Source: Macrostomum lignano (taxonomy: Eukaryota). Taken from it: a stretch of DNA of 64,000 nt. The DNA lies in contig NIVC01003775.1 in NCBI GenBank assembly GCA_002269645.1, positions 1-64,000 of the forward strand, read 5' to 3'. Below, one piece after another: positions 1 to 11,738 of this stretch. Both the position numbers and the translations under genes were made by a program. Numbering within the stretch: position 1 is the first letter of the stretch; each line of letters opens with the position of its first letter. The notes under the pieces are model-generated. The model was given only the letters and a program-made list of their open reading frames with translations, made no database searches and was not told where the DNA came from.

Positions 1-1113
1 CCAGCTGTTAGATACTCTGATGGAACAGCCAGCTGTTAGACACTCTGATGGAACAGCCAGCTGTTAGACACACTGATGGAACAGCCAGCTGTTAGACACT
101 CTGATGGAACAGCCAGCTGTTAGACACACTGATGGAACAGCCAGCTGTTAGACACACTGATGAAACAGCAGCTGTTAGACACTCTGATGGAACAGCCAGC
201 TGTTAGACACTCTGATGGAACAGCCAGCTGTTAGACACACTGATGGAACAGCCAGCTGTTAGACACTCTGATGGAACAGCCAGCTGTTAGACACACCGAT
301 CGATGGAACAGCCAGCTGTTAGACACACCGATCGATGGAACAGCCAGCTGTTAGACACACTGATGGAACAGCCAGCTGTTAGACACACTGATGGAACAGC
401 CAGCTGTTAGACACACTGATGGAACAGCACTGTTAGACACTCTGATGGAACAGTCAGCTGTTAGACACACTGATGGAACAGCCAGCTGTTAGACACTCTG
501 ATGGAACAGCCAGCTGTTAGACACACTGATGGAACAGCCAGCTGTTAGACACTCTGATGGAACAGCCAGCTGTTAGACACACTGATGGAACAGCCAGCTG
601 TTAGACACACTGATGAAACAGCCAGCTGTTAGACACTCTGATGGAACAGCCAGCTGTTAGACTCTCTGATGGAACAGCCAGCTGTTAGACACACTGATGG
701 AACAGTCAGCTGTTAGACACACTGATAGAACAACCGGCTGTTAGACACACTGATAGAACAGTCAGCTGTTAGAAATACTGATGGAACAGCCAGCTGTTAG
801 ACACACTGTTGGAACAGCCAGCTGTTAGACACACTGATGGAACAGCCAGCTGTTAGACACACTGATGAACAGCCAACTGTAGACACTCTGATAGAACAGC
901 CAGCTGTTAGACACACTGATGGAACAGCCAGCTGTTAGACACACTGATGGAACAGCCGGCTGTTAGACACACTGATGGAACAGCCAACTGTTATATAGAC
1001 ACACTGGTGGAACAGTCAGCTGTTAGACACACTGATGGAACAGCCGGCTGTTAGACACACTGATGGAACAGCCAGCTGTTAGACACACTGATGGAACAGC
1101 CAGCTGTTAGACA
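1..1113. repeat. 28-bp minisatellite (GCCAGCTGTTAGACACACTGATGGAACA)n, about 40 copies, runs off the window start
   Basis: Period 28 (ccagctgtta at 1, 29, 57...). Variation is limited to a few positions, so there are no unique spacers. Confidence 0.97.
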
Positions 1114-1412
1114 CATTGGAACACACTATAATCATGCACACAATAGGGCCCATCGTCGGTTATTAGAATAGAAGAACCAGTCTGTTACTTTCAAGTGTAA
1201 CTCGTCAAGTCGCCCTTCTAAGAACTGTTACTTGCATAAATTGAATAGCTATATGGCATGTACATGTATTTTCGCTGCAACTTCAGTCAAACAAATTTCT
1301 AAAAAACTGGGCTTTACGTGTATTTTCAAACGGCTTTTATTTAGATGAACAGAGAAACAATTATCAGTAGTTTCCAGTTTCTTCGATATTCAATCAGTTA
1401 TTAATCAATCAT

Positions 1413-2254
1413 TCAATCTGAGCAGTGCTCAAGCCCGCTGTGCTTTCTGCCGATGTGCCGCTTGAGGTTGCCGTTGGTGCTGAAGGTCTCGGCGCAGTCC
1501 TTGCACCGGAACGGCTGGTAGCCCACGTGGCGCTGCATGTGAGTGCGGAACCGCTTCCACGTGGACAGCAGCTCCAGGCACAGGCAGCAGCGAATCTGAC
1601 AGCCGAGCAAGTACCTGGAGGCTCGGTGAAGAGTCTGGCAGTGAACCTCCAGGTGGGTGAACAGCTGGCTGGGAGATTGGAATTGACGCTGGCAAACCAG
1701 GCACAGGTGCTGCCAGCGCATCCTGCTCTCGTCCTGGTCTGTTTCAATCAGGCGGAGGCGGCCTAGTGTCGGCACCGGTTTGCCGTCAAAGTCGAGAGCT
1801 TCAAAGCGATGCCACGGCACCGGAATCTTGCGCGGCGACCGGATGCTGCGCTGCTGCACCGGCTGCTGCTGCTGTGCAGCTCGGTGCTCAATCGAGAACC
1901 CGCAGGCTTCTCAACAGCTTTAGATGATGCAACCAGCTGGTAGAGTCGCAACGGCTTGGTGAGGTAGGTCTTAGCTGGCTTCTTCCTGGGATTCAACTGG
2001 ACAGCCGAATCTTTGGTTTCTGATCCTTGCAGATATTCGTTAGTCGAAGCTTCTTCGCATGCTAGCGTCAGCTTTGGCAGCAGAGCATGCAGCCTGCGTC
2101 TTTTGCAGTTAGCGGAGCCCGACGTCAAGGCAGCATTAGACAGCTCGGCGGCGGAAGAAGTCTGTCGCCTATTCTGCTTTAGTTGCCTTCGCCCGTTGAC
2201 TTTTTTCGGCTTCTGACCGACTTTAGCAGCGGATTGATTTCGATTTTGTTGCAT
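1413..2254 (-). CDS. C2H2 zinc-finger protein (3 fingers), apparently split by a frameshift near 1900-1915
   Basis: The 3' frame encodes CLVC..HLEVH, CCLC..HMQRH and CKDC..HIGRKH with a VGYQPF linker. It is open back to a TGA at 1911-1913. An ATG at 2254 opens a different frame (MQQNRNQS..KRRRL..KAVEKP) that overlaps it. Confidence 0.7.
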
Positions 2255-2829
2255 CGTAGAATTAAATTGAATAGCTGTGTCGTGGGAATCAATAAGAGGA
2301 GGGGGCAAAGCCAGAGAAACGGAGGTCCTATCGATCGATCTAGCTCCACTGAGTGATGCGCACGGTTAAGAGAGGATAGAGAGGAAAGGAAACGGAGAAA
2401 CGGAGTCGAGAAAAAAGAACAATTATTCTATGACGAAAACTGCCTTAAGCTGTCTTAAGGCTTAAAAATACATCCGTCTTTCTCTGACTGCAATCAAAAT
2501 TTCGCTTTGTTTGGGCTTACAAAGAGAGTCATATAAAAGAGCATCGTGTCCTTCCCGCAGAGTGCAGAAAAAGGAGTTAATTGGAATCTCCAAAAGAACA
2601 AATACATAAATAAGCTTAAGAGCCAGCCTATAGGGAAACTGGTCTCCCATCGCCAATTATAACCTAACCTTAATAGTTATTTAATTAAAATATCTTTCTA
2701 AGAATAAAAAAGCTGAAACATAATTGAGAATAGACAAAATTATTTTCAAGTGATCGATTTTCAAATTATGAAGGTAAGGTATAGCGCCATGTTTCGAAAG
2801 ATTGCAACAGAACGGCGCGAATTTAGGAT

Positions 2830-3140
2830 TATGGCGCAAGAGACCAGAAGGACGCCAAACTGTAGATAGGAGACCATGCAGAAGGGCGCTAAATTGGAGA
2901 TAGAAGCCCAGGAGGGCGCTAAAATAGAAATACATGTAGGAGCTCAGAAGGGCGCAGAAAATAGGAGACCAGGAGGGCGCCAAGCTGGAAATAGGAGATC
3001 AGAAGGCGCCATGCAAACTATAAATAGAAGACCAGAAGGGCACCAAACTAGAAATAGGAGACCATGAAGGGCGCCAAACTAGAAATAGGAGACCAGAAGG
3101 GCACCAAACTAGAAATAGGAGACCAGATCGAAGGGAGCTA
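2830..3140. repeat. Degenerate ~30-bp repeat (AGAAGGGCGCCAAACTAGAAATAGGAGACC)
   Basis: Recurrent aaataggagacc and gggcgcc motifs. Confidence 0.8.
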
Positions 3141-6100
3141 TACTGGAGATGGGATCTCTGGCCGCCGAAGCAGAGCCTTAAAAAGAATTTTGATTATGCT
3201 GCATGCACACTTGGAATTTCGCACAACTTGTAGCATCACCATCGCCATTCTTCTGCCTTAATGCGCAACATTTCATCCAAATGAAGTAAGTCAAAGAGGA
3301 AACGATCTGAAGTACTGAACAACAGTTAGATTTCAAAAGCCAGAGACTTAAGAATCGAGAGCTTAGATAAACTCGAATTCGGAATTGAATTTTGGGTTTA
3401 GATAAGCTACGAGTAAAATTTATTATCGGAAGAATAGGAGATGCAAACAGAAACAGTAACTCTAGAACAGAGCCTATGCACAGCACAATGCATTTTATCT
3501 GTTATCTGTTATCAATTTGATATCAAGTTGGCCCACATGTCTTTAACTGCCCCTGTCCCACGGCCACAATTCGGAGTTCGAGTCTTCGAGGGTTCTAAAA
3601 CTCTGTAGCCTCTTGTTTTGTTTTTAAGTCGATTATTAATCTTTTTCAGGATCGGCTGCATGCGCTGTGGAGTCCTGATTGAACAGAAACTCCTGCTGCA
3701 AAAGCAAATACAGGTATCAGCTATCAGCAAACATAAGATAGGATGAGATGGAAACGCCTTGGAAAACTACGAGTATACCGGTAGTTAAACGATAACACAT
3801 AGACCCCTCCGTTATCACTTATCTATTATCAGCATGAGAACGGAAAGATTTGGTTGGCTGCTCAAGAGGATCGAGAGACCATCCCAAAAGCAGGTAGAAA
3901 CTTGAAGAAGCAAATAGGCAAGAAGCACTGACGGTGATTCACAGGTCAGTCAAGTATTTTATATCCCATTGTCATTATTGAAGCTTATTTGCATGTATAT
4001 TGTATTGTAAATAGTCGATGGTCAAACTAGAGCTTAGAATCCTTTGATGACTTGCTGTTAGACTAGACTAGACTGACTCTCAGATTAGAGAAAGCAACTA
4101 AACATGTACGTAGATTTTAGCATTGGGAATTTGGGATTGAGATGAGGATTTGAGAGTTAAGATTTTGTGCTCCGAGAGAGCAGAGGCGACGCCAGGGCCG
4201 ACCCGGAACCCGAGTGCAGCGGCTTCTATTTTGAATTTCATCGAAATAAATTAAAATACGAGACTGGGAATAAGGCAAATAGCTGAGAGGGCCTGAATTG
4301 AGACTGGGGGTTTTAGGGCTCCCTTCTGCACGCACAGTGAATAAATACGGGCCCACGTTAAAAAAGGAAGGCATGACTCTAGCCGGAGGAACTCTTCCCA
4401 AAGTCAGGGGTGGCTCACTTATGTCAAACCCCGTCTTATCTTATCAGGAGTCCCGACCCCTCAAACCCCAGCATGGCCCGCGCACAGGCCACGGGCCAAC
4501 ATTGGTCCCCTAACCCACCCCTGCCCAACCCCCCTCCCTCCGCCAGACTGTTCATAAAATCAGCGGGCGCCACTCCCGCTCGTTCTTCGTCTTGCTTGTT
4601 GGTGCCGCTCCCCCTCTCAGACATTTCAGAGTTTTCGTAAGCCCTGTCTGGACTTCTTGCTAGCTTTACATTTACAAACAACAAACGCAAGTTCCCCTTC
4701 CCTTGTATCGATTTTTTCAGGCTAGCTGAACATACTAGGGCTCTCTTAATCTCTTTATTTTGTCTATGGCCCCAGCAGACGGCAGCTCCAGCTCGCAGAC
4801 TTTGATTGTCTATGGCCACAACAGGTACGATCTCATGGCTTTTTAACTAGTTTCGATTTCGTTAACAGAGCGGCAACTGCAGCAGCAGAAACAGCTTATA
4901 ACTATCTATAGATAGAAAAGATCTTCATTGAAGCAGGGCGAAGCGATTAAGTCGAATCAAACGAAAACCATCTTGCAAGTTCAGTGGAGAGAGTTGTATC
5001 TCGTCAAGCTTAAATTAATAATTATCAGACGCGCTGGATCAAAGCTCCGGCACTCTGATATTTGTATAAAGATGAGATTCAACTCCTCCAACTGCACTCA
5101 TGCTGAGAATAAGCATCTGCGCGAATCCCCGTTTTAATTTATTTAATTCTGTTCTGTAAACCTGGAGCCTGCCATGGTGGAGGTAAAGGAGCAGTGAGTA
5201 CTTTATTGAAAGGTCTCTCTTTATAGTTTCGACTTTCGTGCATTTATGATATATATAAAATGAATAGCTCCGTGATTGTAAATTGTAAAAATAGTTCCTA
5301 CATTGCTTTTTTGTTGCCTTCATTCATTGTGTTCATTGACCTTATATTTTCATTCGTGCATCATGAGATTAGTTAAATACTTTAGTGTTGGCCAGTGTTG
5401 AAATCATTTTGATAAAACGCATGCATAGTACAATGTTAGTGAATCAAATAATTGGCCGTATCACCGTACATAAACAATAATAGCAGTAAATTGAACAATT
5501 TCAAATGATAAGATAGGAAATTTGGATGGAACCGACCAGTTTTTATTGTCTATTGACTTTTTTAATTAGTCATCGGTGTGCTTAATTAGTACAGCACCAA
5601 TTAAGTAGGTAGGCGCTTATTTATTACACTTGGTTTTTACCTGTAAGAGAAAGCAATAAATCAATAAAGGGTACGCACAATTAAATCGATATTATTACTG
5701 AAACTAAAGCTGTAAGTTAACATGTACATGTAAGATGTAATGCATACAGTAACTCATTTGCACAGGTGAAGTTTGTAGACGTTGCTGGAGTTGACTAAAC
5801 GAAAATACAGTACAACATGCAAAGCCGAATCCGATCGCATGTGAGGGTTTCTACATCTATTATCTTAGGTTAAGTACCCAGGAATTAAAGCAGTGTTGGG
5901 AGGTTGTCGGGCGAGTACTCGATACTCGGGATACTCAGTGTTTTTTCGTGATCTGGTACTCGTTTATAATTGAGTTTTGACGAGTTTTACACAAGGAATA
6001 ATCAACGCTTTGAAACTTTGAAAGTAACTTATCGATTTTCTTTCCTAGAAAACTCAAATCAAAACTTTCAAAAATAATTTTTCCTGTGAAGATTAATAAG

Positions 6101-6444
6101 ATTACTAAAATCTGCACAGCTCTCATTACTTGGTGCTCGTCACCCACTGGGTTAGACTGTTCGGTGATTGGAAGCGACTGAAACAATACTATGGTTGTCA
6201 CGCATAACTGTGCCACAGTTCTACTACTACAAGTAGGCTGGTGCGCGCTTGCACGTATAATATTGTACAGTAAGCACTTTAATGCATGTACGCTTGTATG
6301 CTTAAGGCATACAATTTTTACCACTATTTAAGCGCCATTGCAGTGCGGTAGAGTAAGGCAGTGGGCGAGATTGGGACAGTGGAGCAAGCGGATCAATGTT
6401 CAGTGGAGGCGAATGGGTTAGTGGGAAAGAGTGGATCAATTGAA

Positions 6445-7030
6445 GTGCGGCAGGGGGGGGAGTGGGGTAGTAGGGCAGTGGGGAAGAGTGGGGGAGAGTG
6501 GGGAGAGCGGGTCAGTGGGGGAGTGTGGGAGAGTGGTGGAGTGGGTCAGTAGGGGAGAGTGGGTCAGTGGGGGAGAGTGGGGCAGTGGGAGTGGGGCAAT
6601 GGGAGTGGGGCAATGGGGGAGGGTGGGGCAGTAGGAGTGGGGTAGTGGGGGAGAATGGGGCAGTGGGGCAGTGGGGGAGAGTGGGGCAGTGGGGGAGTGG
6701 GGGAGTGGGGTAGTGGAGGAGGGTGGGGCAGTGGGGATTGGGGGAGAGTGGGGTAGAGGGGAGAGTGGGGCAGTGGGGGAGTGGAGCAGTGGGGGAGTGG
6801 GGTAGTGGGGGAGTGGGGTAGTGGGGGAGTGGGGTAGTGGAGTAGTGGGGAGAGTGGGGCAGTGGGGATTGGGGGAGAGTGGGGTAGTGGGGGAGAGTGG
6901 GGCAGTGGGGGAGTGGAGCAGTGGGGAGTGGGGTAGTGGGGGAGTGGGGTAGAGGGGGAGAGTGGAGCAGTGGGGGAGTGGGGTAGTGGGGGAGTGGGGT
7001 AGTCGAGGAGGGTGGGGCAGTTGGGGATTG
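6445..7030 (+). repeat. G-rich low-complexity array (GGGGAGT/GGGGCAGT), G-quadruplex prone
   Basis: Dozens of G4-G5 runs separated by 2-4 nt. Confidence 0.93.
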
Positions 7031-7969
7031 AGCAGCTAAAAAACAAATAAAGTAGATTGAAAAAGCACAAACAGGATTTTTATTGAGCTTTGTGAGAAAG
7101 CAAGCAAAAATATAACAATGAACACACAATAAGAGTTTATAGACTCCCTATATTTAGCATCGTGTTGGTTTATTTGCTGTTTGAATCTTTCTGTCACTCT
7201 TACTCGTATTAAATAGCCCGCACATTTAATAGTTTAAGCAAGCTTCATTAGATCAGTCATCTAGAAACGGCCATAGCATCGAACACAATTGTTTAATATA
7301 TTTAATAACTTAATAACTTAATTAGTTTATAAAGTACAAATAAGAAAGGTGCCTACAATAGAAAAAAATTGAAAAAAAACCATTACAATGGAAATTTGCA
7401 TACTTATACTATAACATATTAAAGTACATTTCTACAAAGTATATATTACATTTTACGAACAAACATAAACTGAATTATTATTTACTAATCTTTGCTATTA
7501 ACTGGTTACGACTGGAGCAGAGGGGAGGGGAGACAAAAGAAAAACTTCGGATAAAAAATAAAAAATATTAATTTAACAATAGCAATAATATAAGTTACTA
7601 CTTAAGTGGAACTAGTTATAATAAGAGAACAACAAAAATTGATTTGCGAATTTGTGAATTATTTAGCATTAATAATTTTGTCTTGCTCGCCAATTAAATA
7701 GAATTAATTAATTCAGCCGATACTACATTGATATCAAGCGCATCTATCTTCCTCAAACATGGGTTATCAACACACTTCATTTTCTATTTATAAATTTTTC
7801 ATTCACACGGAATTATCCCCAGCAACAAGTTCACGGGCATACTTGTGTTATTATACATCTCTAGGATAACGTTTAACAAACAGCATAGCAACGGGGAGAT
7901 ATTGGACTGACGCTAATAAAAAAGTGAGTTCATTTGATGCGACCATTAGGTAATGCGATTTCTTTAGAT

Positions 7970-8790
7970 CCGACTCCGAGGAACTGGGATTCCCCTAGAT
8001 ATGAATTAGAGGAAGTGGGATTCCCCTAGATACGAAACAGAGGATCTAGGATTCCCCTAGATACGACTCAAAGGAACAGGGATTTCCCCAGATACGGCTC
8101 CGAGGAACTGGGATTCGCCTAGATACGATTTAGAGGAACAGGGATTTCCCTAGATACGACTCAGGGGAACTGGGATTTCCCTAGATACGACTCAGGGGAA
8201 CTGGGAGTTCCCTAGATACGAGGAACTGGGATTCCCCTAGATACGACTCAGAGGAACTGGGATTCCCCTAGATACGACTCCGAGGAACTGGGATTCCCCC
8301 AGATGCGATTTAGAGGAACTGGGATTCCCCCAGATGCGATTTAGAGGAACAGGGATTTCCCAAGATACGACTCAGGGGAACTGGGATTTCCCTAGATACG
8401 ACTCAGAGGAACTGGGATTCCCCTAGATACGACTCCGAGGAACTGGGATTCCCCTAGATACGACTCCGAGGAACTGGGATTCCCCCAGATGCGATTTAGA
8501 GGAACTGGGATTCCCCCAGATGCGATTTAGAGGAACAGGGATTTCCCAAGATACGACTCAGGGGAACTGGGATTCCCCTAGATACGACTCAGAGGAACTG
8601 GGATTCCCCTAGATACGACTCCGAGGAATTGGGATTCCCCCAGATGCGATTTAGAGGAACTGGGATTCCCCCAGATGCGATTTAGAGGAACAGGGATTTC
8701 CCAAGATACGACTCAGGGGAACTGGGATTTCCCTAGATACGACTCAGGGAACTGGGATTCCCCTAGATTTGACTAAAGAGAACTGGCGCT
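7970..8790. repeat. ~31-bp minisatellite (GAGGAACTGGGATTCCCCTAGATACGACTC)
   Basis: About 25 units with two or three recurring variants. Confidence 0.95.
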
Positions 8791-8974
8791 TCCCAGAAAT
8801 GGATTACCTAACCAACACAAGAAACACCCGGTTGCTAAAACAAAATTAGCTGTGGTATTTTCCAAAACTATAAAAAAATCATATTCATATTTATACGAAG
8901 CAAGTCGACATCAGAACGAACGGACCAATTTTGAATTATATAATCAAGCATTACTTTAAAGTAGTATTTTAGTA

Positions 8975-9178
8975 TTAGAACGAAGAGCCCTCGGGCGGCT
9001 GGGACAGCTTGGCATTCTCTCTAGCGGTCATCTGGCGTCTCAGCTCTTGCAGCACAGTCTTGATGTGGTAGCCCCTGCGCCATTGAGCCAGACTGGGCAG
9101 CTTCCTGCCGTCCACCAGCCCTGTAGTCTCGTGTACACCGTTCATCTTGATGCGACTGATGAAGCGCACGGTTGGAGG
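8975..9178 (-). CDS. UBE2V: UBE2V/MMS2 (ubiquitin-conjugating E2 variant) exon 3
   Basis: Acceptor ctgactag| is followed by PPTVRFISRIKMNGV..WRRGYHIKTVLQELRRQMTARENAKLSQPPEGSSF*, which matches the UEV1/MMS2 C-terminus. Confidence 0.95.
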   Translation of the reverse strand, partial: PPTVRFISRIKMNGVHETTGLVDGRKLPSLAQWRRGYHIKTVLQELRRQMTARENAKLSQPPEGSSF

Positions 9179-9244
9179 CTAGTCAGGGGTGGTTGGATGT
9201 GAACGGTATATGGCTATGTGAATTCTGGCGCACTTTTCTCTCGA

Positions 9245-9875
9245 ACTCTGAACTACCCAAATACTGATATTCGAATTCTGAATGACCTGAGTACTGATAT
9301 TCGAATTCTGAATTACCTGAGTACTGATATTCGAACTCTGAATTACCTGAGTACTGATATTCGAATTCTGAATTACCTGATATTCGAATTCTGAATTACC
9401 TGAGTACTGATATTCGAACTCTGAATTACCTGAGTACTGATATTCGAACTCTGAATTACCTGAGTACTGATATTCGAATTCTGAATTACCTGAGTACTGA
9501 TATTCGAACTCTGAACTACCCAAATACTGATATTCGAATTCTGAATGACCTGAGTACTGATATTCGAACTCTGAATTACCTGAGTACTGATATTCGAACT
9601 CTGAATTATCTGAGTACTGATATTCGAACTCTGAATTACCTGAGTACTTATATTCGAACTCTGAATTACCTGAGTACTGATAATCGAACTCTGAATTACC
9701 TGAGTACTGATATTCGAACTCTGAATTACCTGAGTACTGATATTCGAATTCTGAATAACCTGAGTACTGATATTCGAATTCTGAATTACCTGAGTACTGA
9801 TATTCGAACTCTGAATTACCTGAGTACTGATATTCGAATTCTGAACTACCTGAGTACTGATATTCGAATTCTTTA
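9245..9875. repeat. 30-bp minisatellite (TGAGTACTGATATTCGAACTCTGAATTACC) in UBE2V intron 2
   Basis: About 21 units lying between the donor at 9931 and the acceptor at 9179. Confidence 0.96.
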
Positions 9876-9931
9876 ACTAGCCCGAGCTGTAATCCATAAA
9901 GTACATTAATAAAGAAACAGGCGCCTCTCAC

Positions 9932-10140
9932 CTGTTCAGGGTAGTTGGGACCGCAAGTGATGTGCAAATTGTACATTCGATTGTCATATGGCGTCTTTGG
10001 TGGGCCCAGAATCATGCCAATCCAATTAGTAAGAGTCTGGTCATTGTCATTCTCAAGGCCCCAGCTTATTGTGCCATCTTGAGTGCCTTTCTGACCTTCG
10101 TCCAGTTCTTCCAACAGGTAGAAGCTGCGCGGCACTTCAA
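9932..10140 (-). CDS. UBE2V: UBE2V/MMS2 exon 2
   Basis: Acceptor ataccag|TT GAA GTG; encodes [53 protein letters not shown]; donor CAG|gtgaga. Confidence 0.95.
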
Positions 10141-10514
10141 CTGGTATAGGAATGATAAAATGATGAAACTTGTTTTAAATATTTTAATATAATGGTAAAA
10201 TAAGGTGGTTCTTGCTATTGAGCTTACTAAGCTTATAACTACTATTATAGAGCTTCCATATATTTCTCTAGTGTTGCCAAATCGTGCAAAGAAATTTGTT
10301 TCATTACTTAATTACCAAGAAATCTTTCTATTAAGTCAGCACAATTATTCCCATAGTCTTCTGCTAATAATAATAACAATATCCACATAGCATCATGCCA
10401 TTAATGTTCTGCTTATTTGCATGGCAACTAAATTATAATTAGTATAATATACACTTAAATGTGTTTAATAGTTAGGCATGGTACATGCTAAAAATAGTAG
10501 GTCCCTTCCTACAT

Positions 10515-10915
10515 ATTATAATCACAGATACTAGAATAACCAGATGGGCCACTCAGCACATTTGCGTGTAAGCTACTTTCAATTCAGTAGTAAGTTAAGC
10601 GGAAGCATTTTAATGATTTTTTAAAGCCAAAGCTCATTTATTGGCTCTTACCCCCATTTAAACCTCCAACTGCCCTTTTCCACTCAACCCCTGACCTGCC
10701 CTACCCCAATTTTTATTGCCTTTCTCGGAATTCCAGTCTAAAGCTGCCATGTACATTCAGTGGACTGGCTAATGTACATTATTGCTTAACCAATTAGCAA
10801 GTTGTTTATGCTTGCAAGCTTGGGCTTCTAAACTTTGAACTGAAAGTAGAAAGCTGTTTTACTAAGTATATATGCCTGAGTGGCCCATCTAGTTCTTTTA
10901 TTATCTGTGAATAAT
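10515..10915. mobile_element. Possible decayed MITE with ~45-bp imperfect terminal inverted repeats
   Basis: aatcacagata..cagatgggcccactcagc (about 10518-10558) is the imperfect reverse complement of gcctgagtggcccatctag..tatctgtgaat (about 10876-10912). No TSD found. Confidence 0.4.
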
Positions 10916-11738
10916 TAAGCTACTATGTAAATTAGCATAGCATTATTGGTATGGCACTAAATAGATAATATTGTTGTTATTAGAATGGTATATGCTAAGA
11001 GTAGCAGGCCATTCCTACATATATAATTTAGTTGCTATACTAATAAGCAGAGCATTATTGGCATGGTGCTATGTGGATAATATTGTCATTATTGGCATAA
11101 GACCATAGGTATAAGCATTGTATTTTAGTAATGACAAGTGTCCAAGCAGTCCCCACTCAAGAAAGTGTGGTGAAAATTCTAGCATACATAAACAAAATGT
11201 GCATGAAGTGGCACATACTATGCACAAGAAAAATGTTTATAAAAAAATTAAAAGTGCATAGTAGTGCCTAGCTAAAGCTGAGTAGCAATATTTAGCTTTA
11301 CAATGGGTTATCCAAAATGTATAATCTATATGTCTACATGAAATATGCTTTTAGATCATTTTCCAGGGCATAATTTGATGTGTCTATTAGATAATAGTTT
11401 CTTAGTTAATTAAACAAATTATTAAAATATAAAATAGCATATTATCATAAAGTTTAAGTTGATTTTTTTGATAAATTTTAATATAAGCTAAAATAAAACC
11501 AATTTTTTACTTAAAAAGCCCAAAAAAGCTACAAACATTGATTTGTTATTTTTATTTTTAATTTAATCCAAATTTTTTTGGATTTTCTAAAGTTACTAAG
11601 CATTGGTGCTCTAGCTATGCATATGTCAAAAAACAAATATAGGCCCTAGCACACAATTTGTAACTTTAACTTTGGTATAATGCATATTAAAAATATGCTA
11701 AAATATATTCCTGCATAGACATGACACATTCATAAGTA

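Noticed and set aside
150-625. CTGATGA..GAAA hammerhead-like strings
   Set aside because: Variants of the 28-bp repeat with no stems to form a ribozyme.
1-1113. CRISPR-like 28-bp repeat array (also the 35-39-bp arrays)
   Set aside because: Units are head-to-tail with no unique spacers, there are no cas genes, and the context is eukaryotic.
5890-5990. CAGTGTTGGG hAT-like end
   Set aside because: No matching inverted end or TSD found.
5935-6324. 129-aa minus-strand ORF, and the 106-aa ORF at 26228-26548
   Set aside because: AT-rich, with no motifs or convincing splice signals.
6445-7030. Interstitial telomeric repeat
   Set aside because: Units are irregular GGGGAGT/GGGGCAGT, not TTAGGG.
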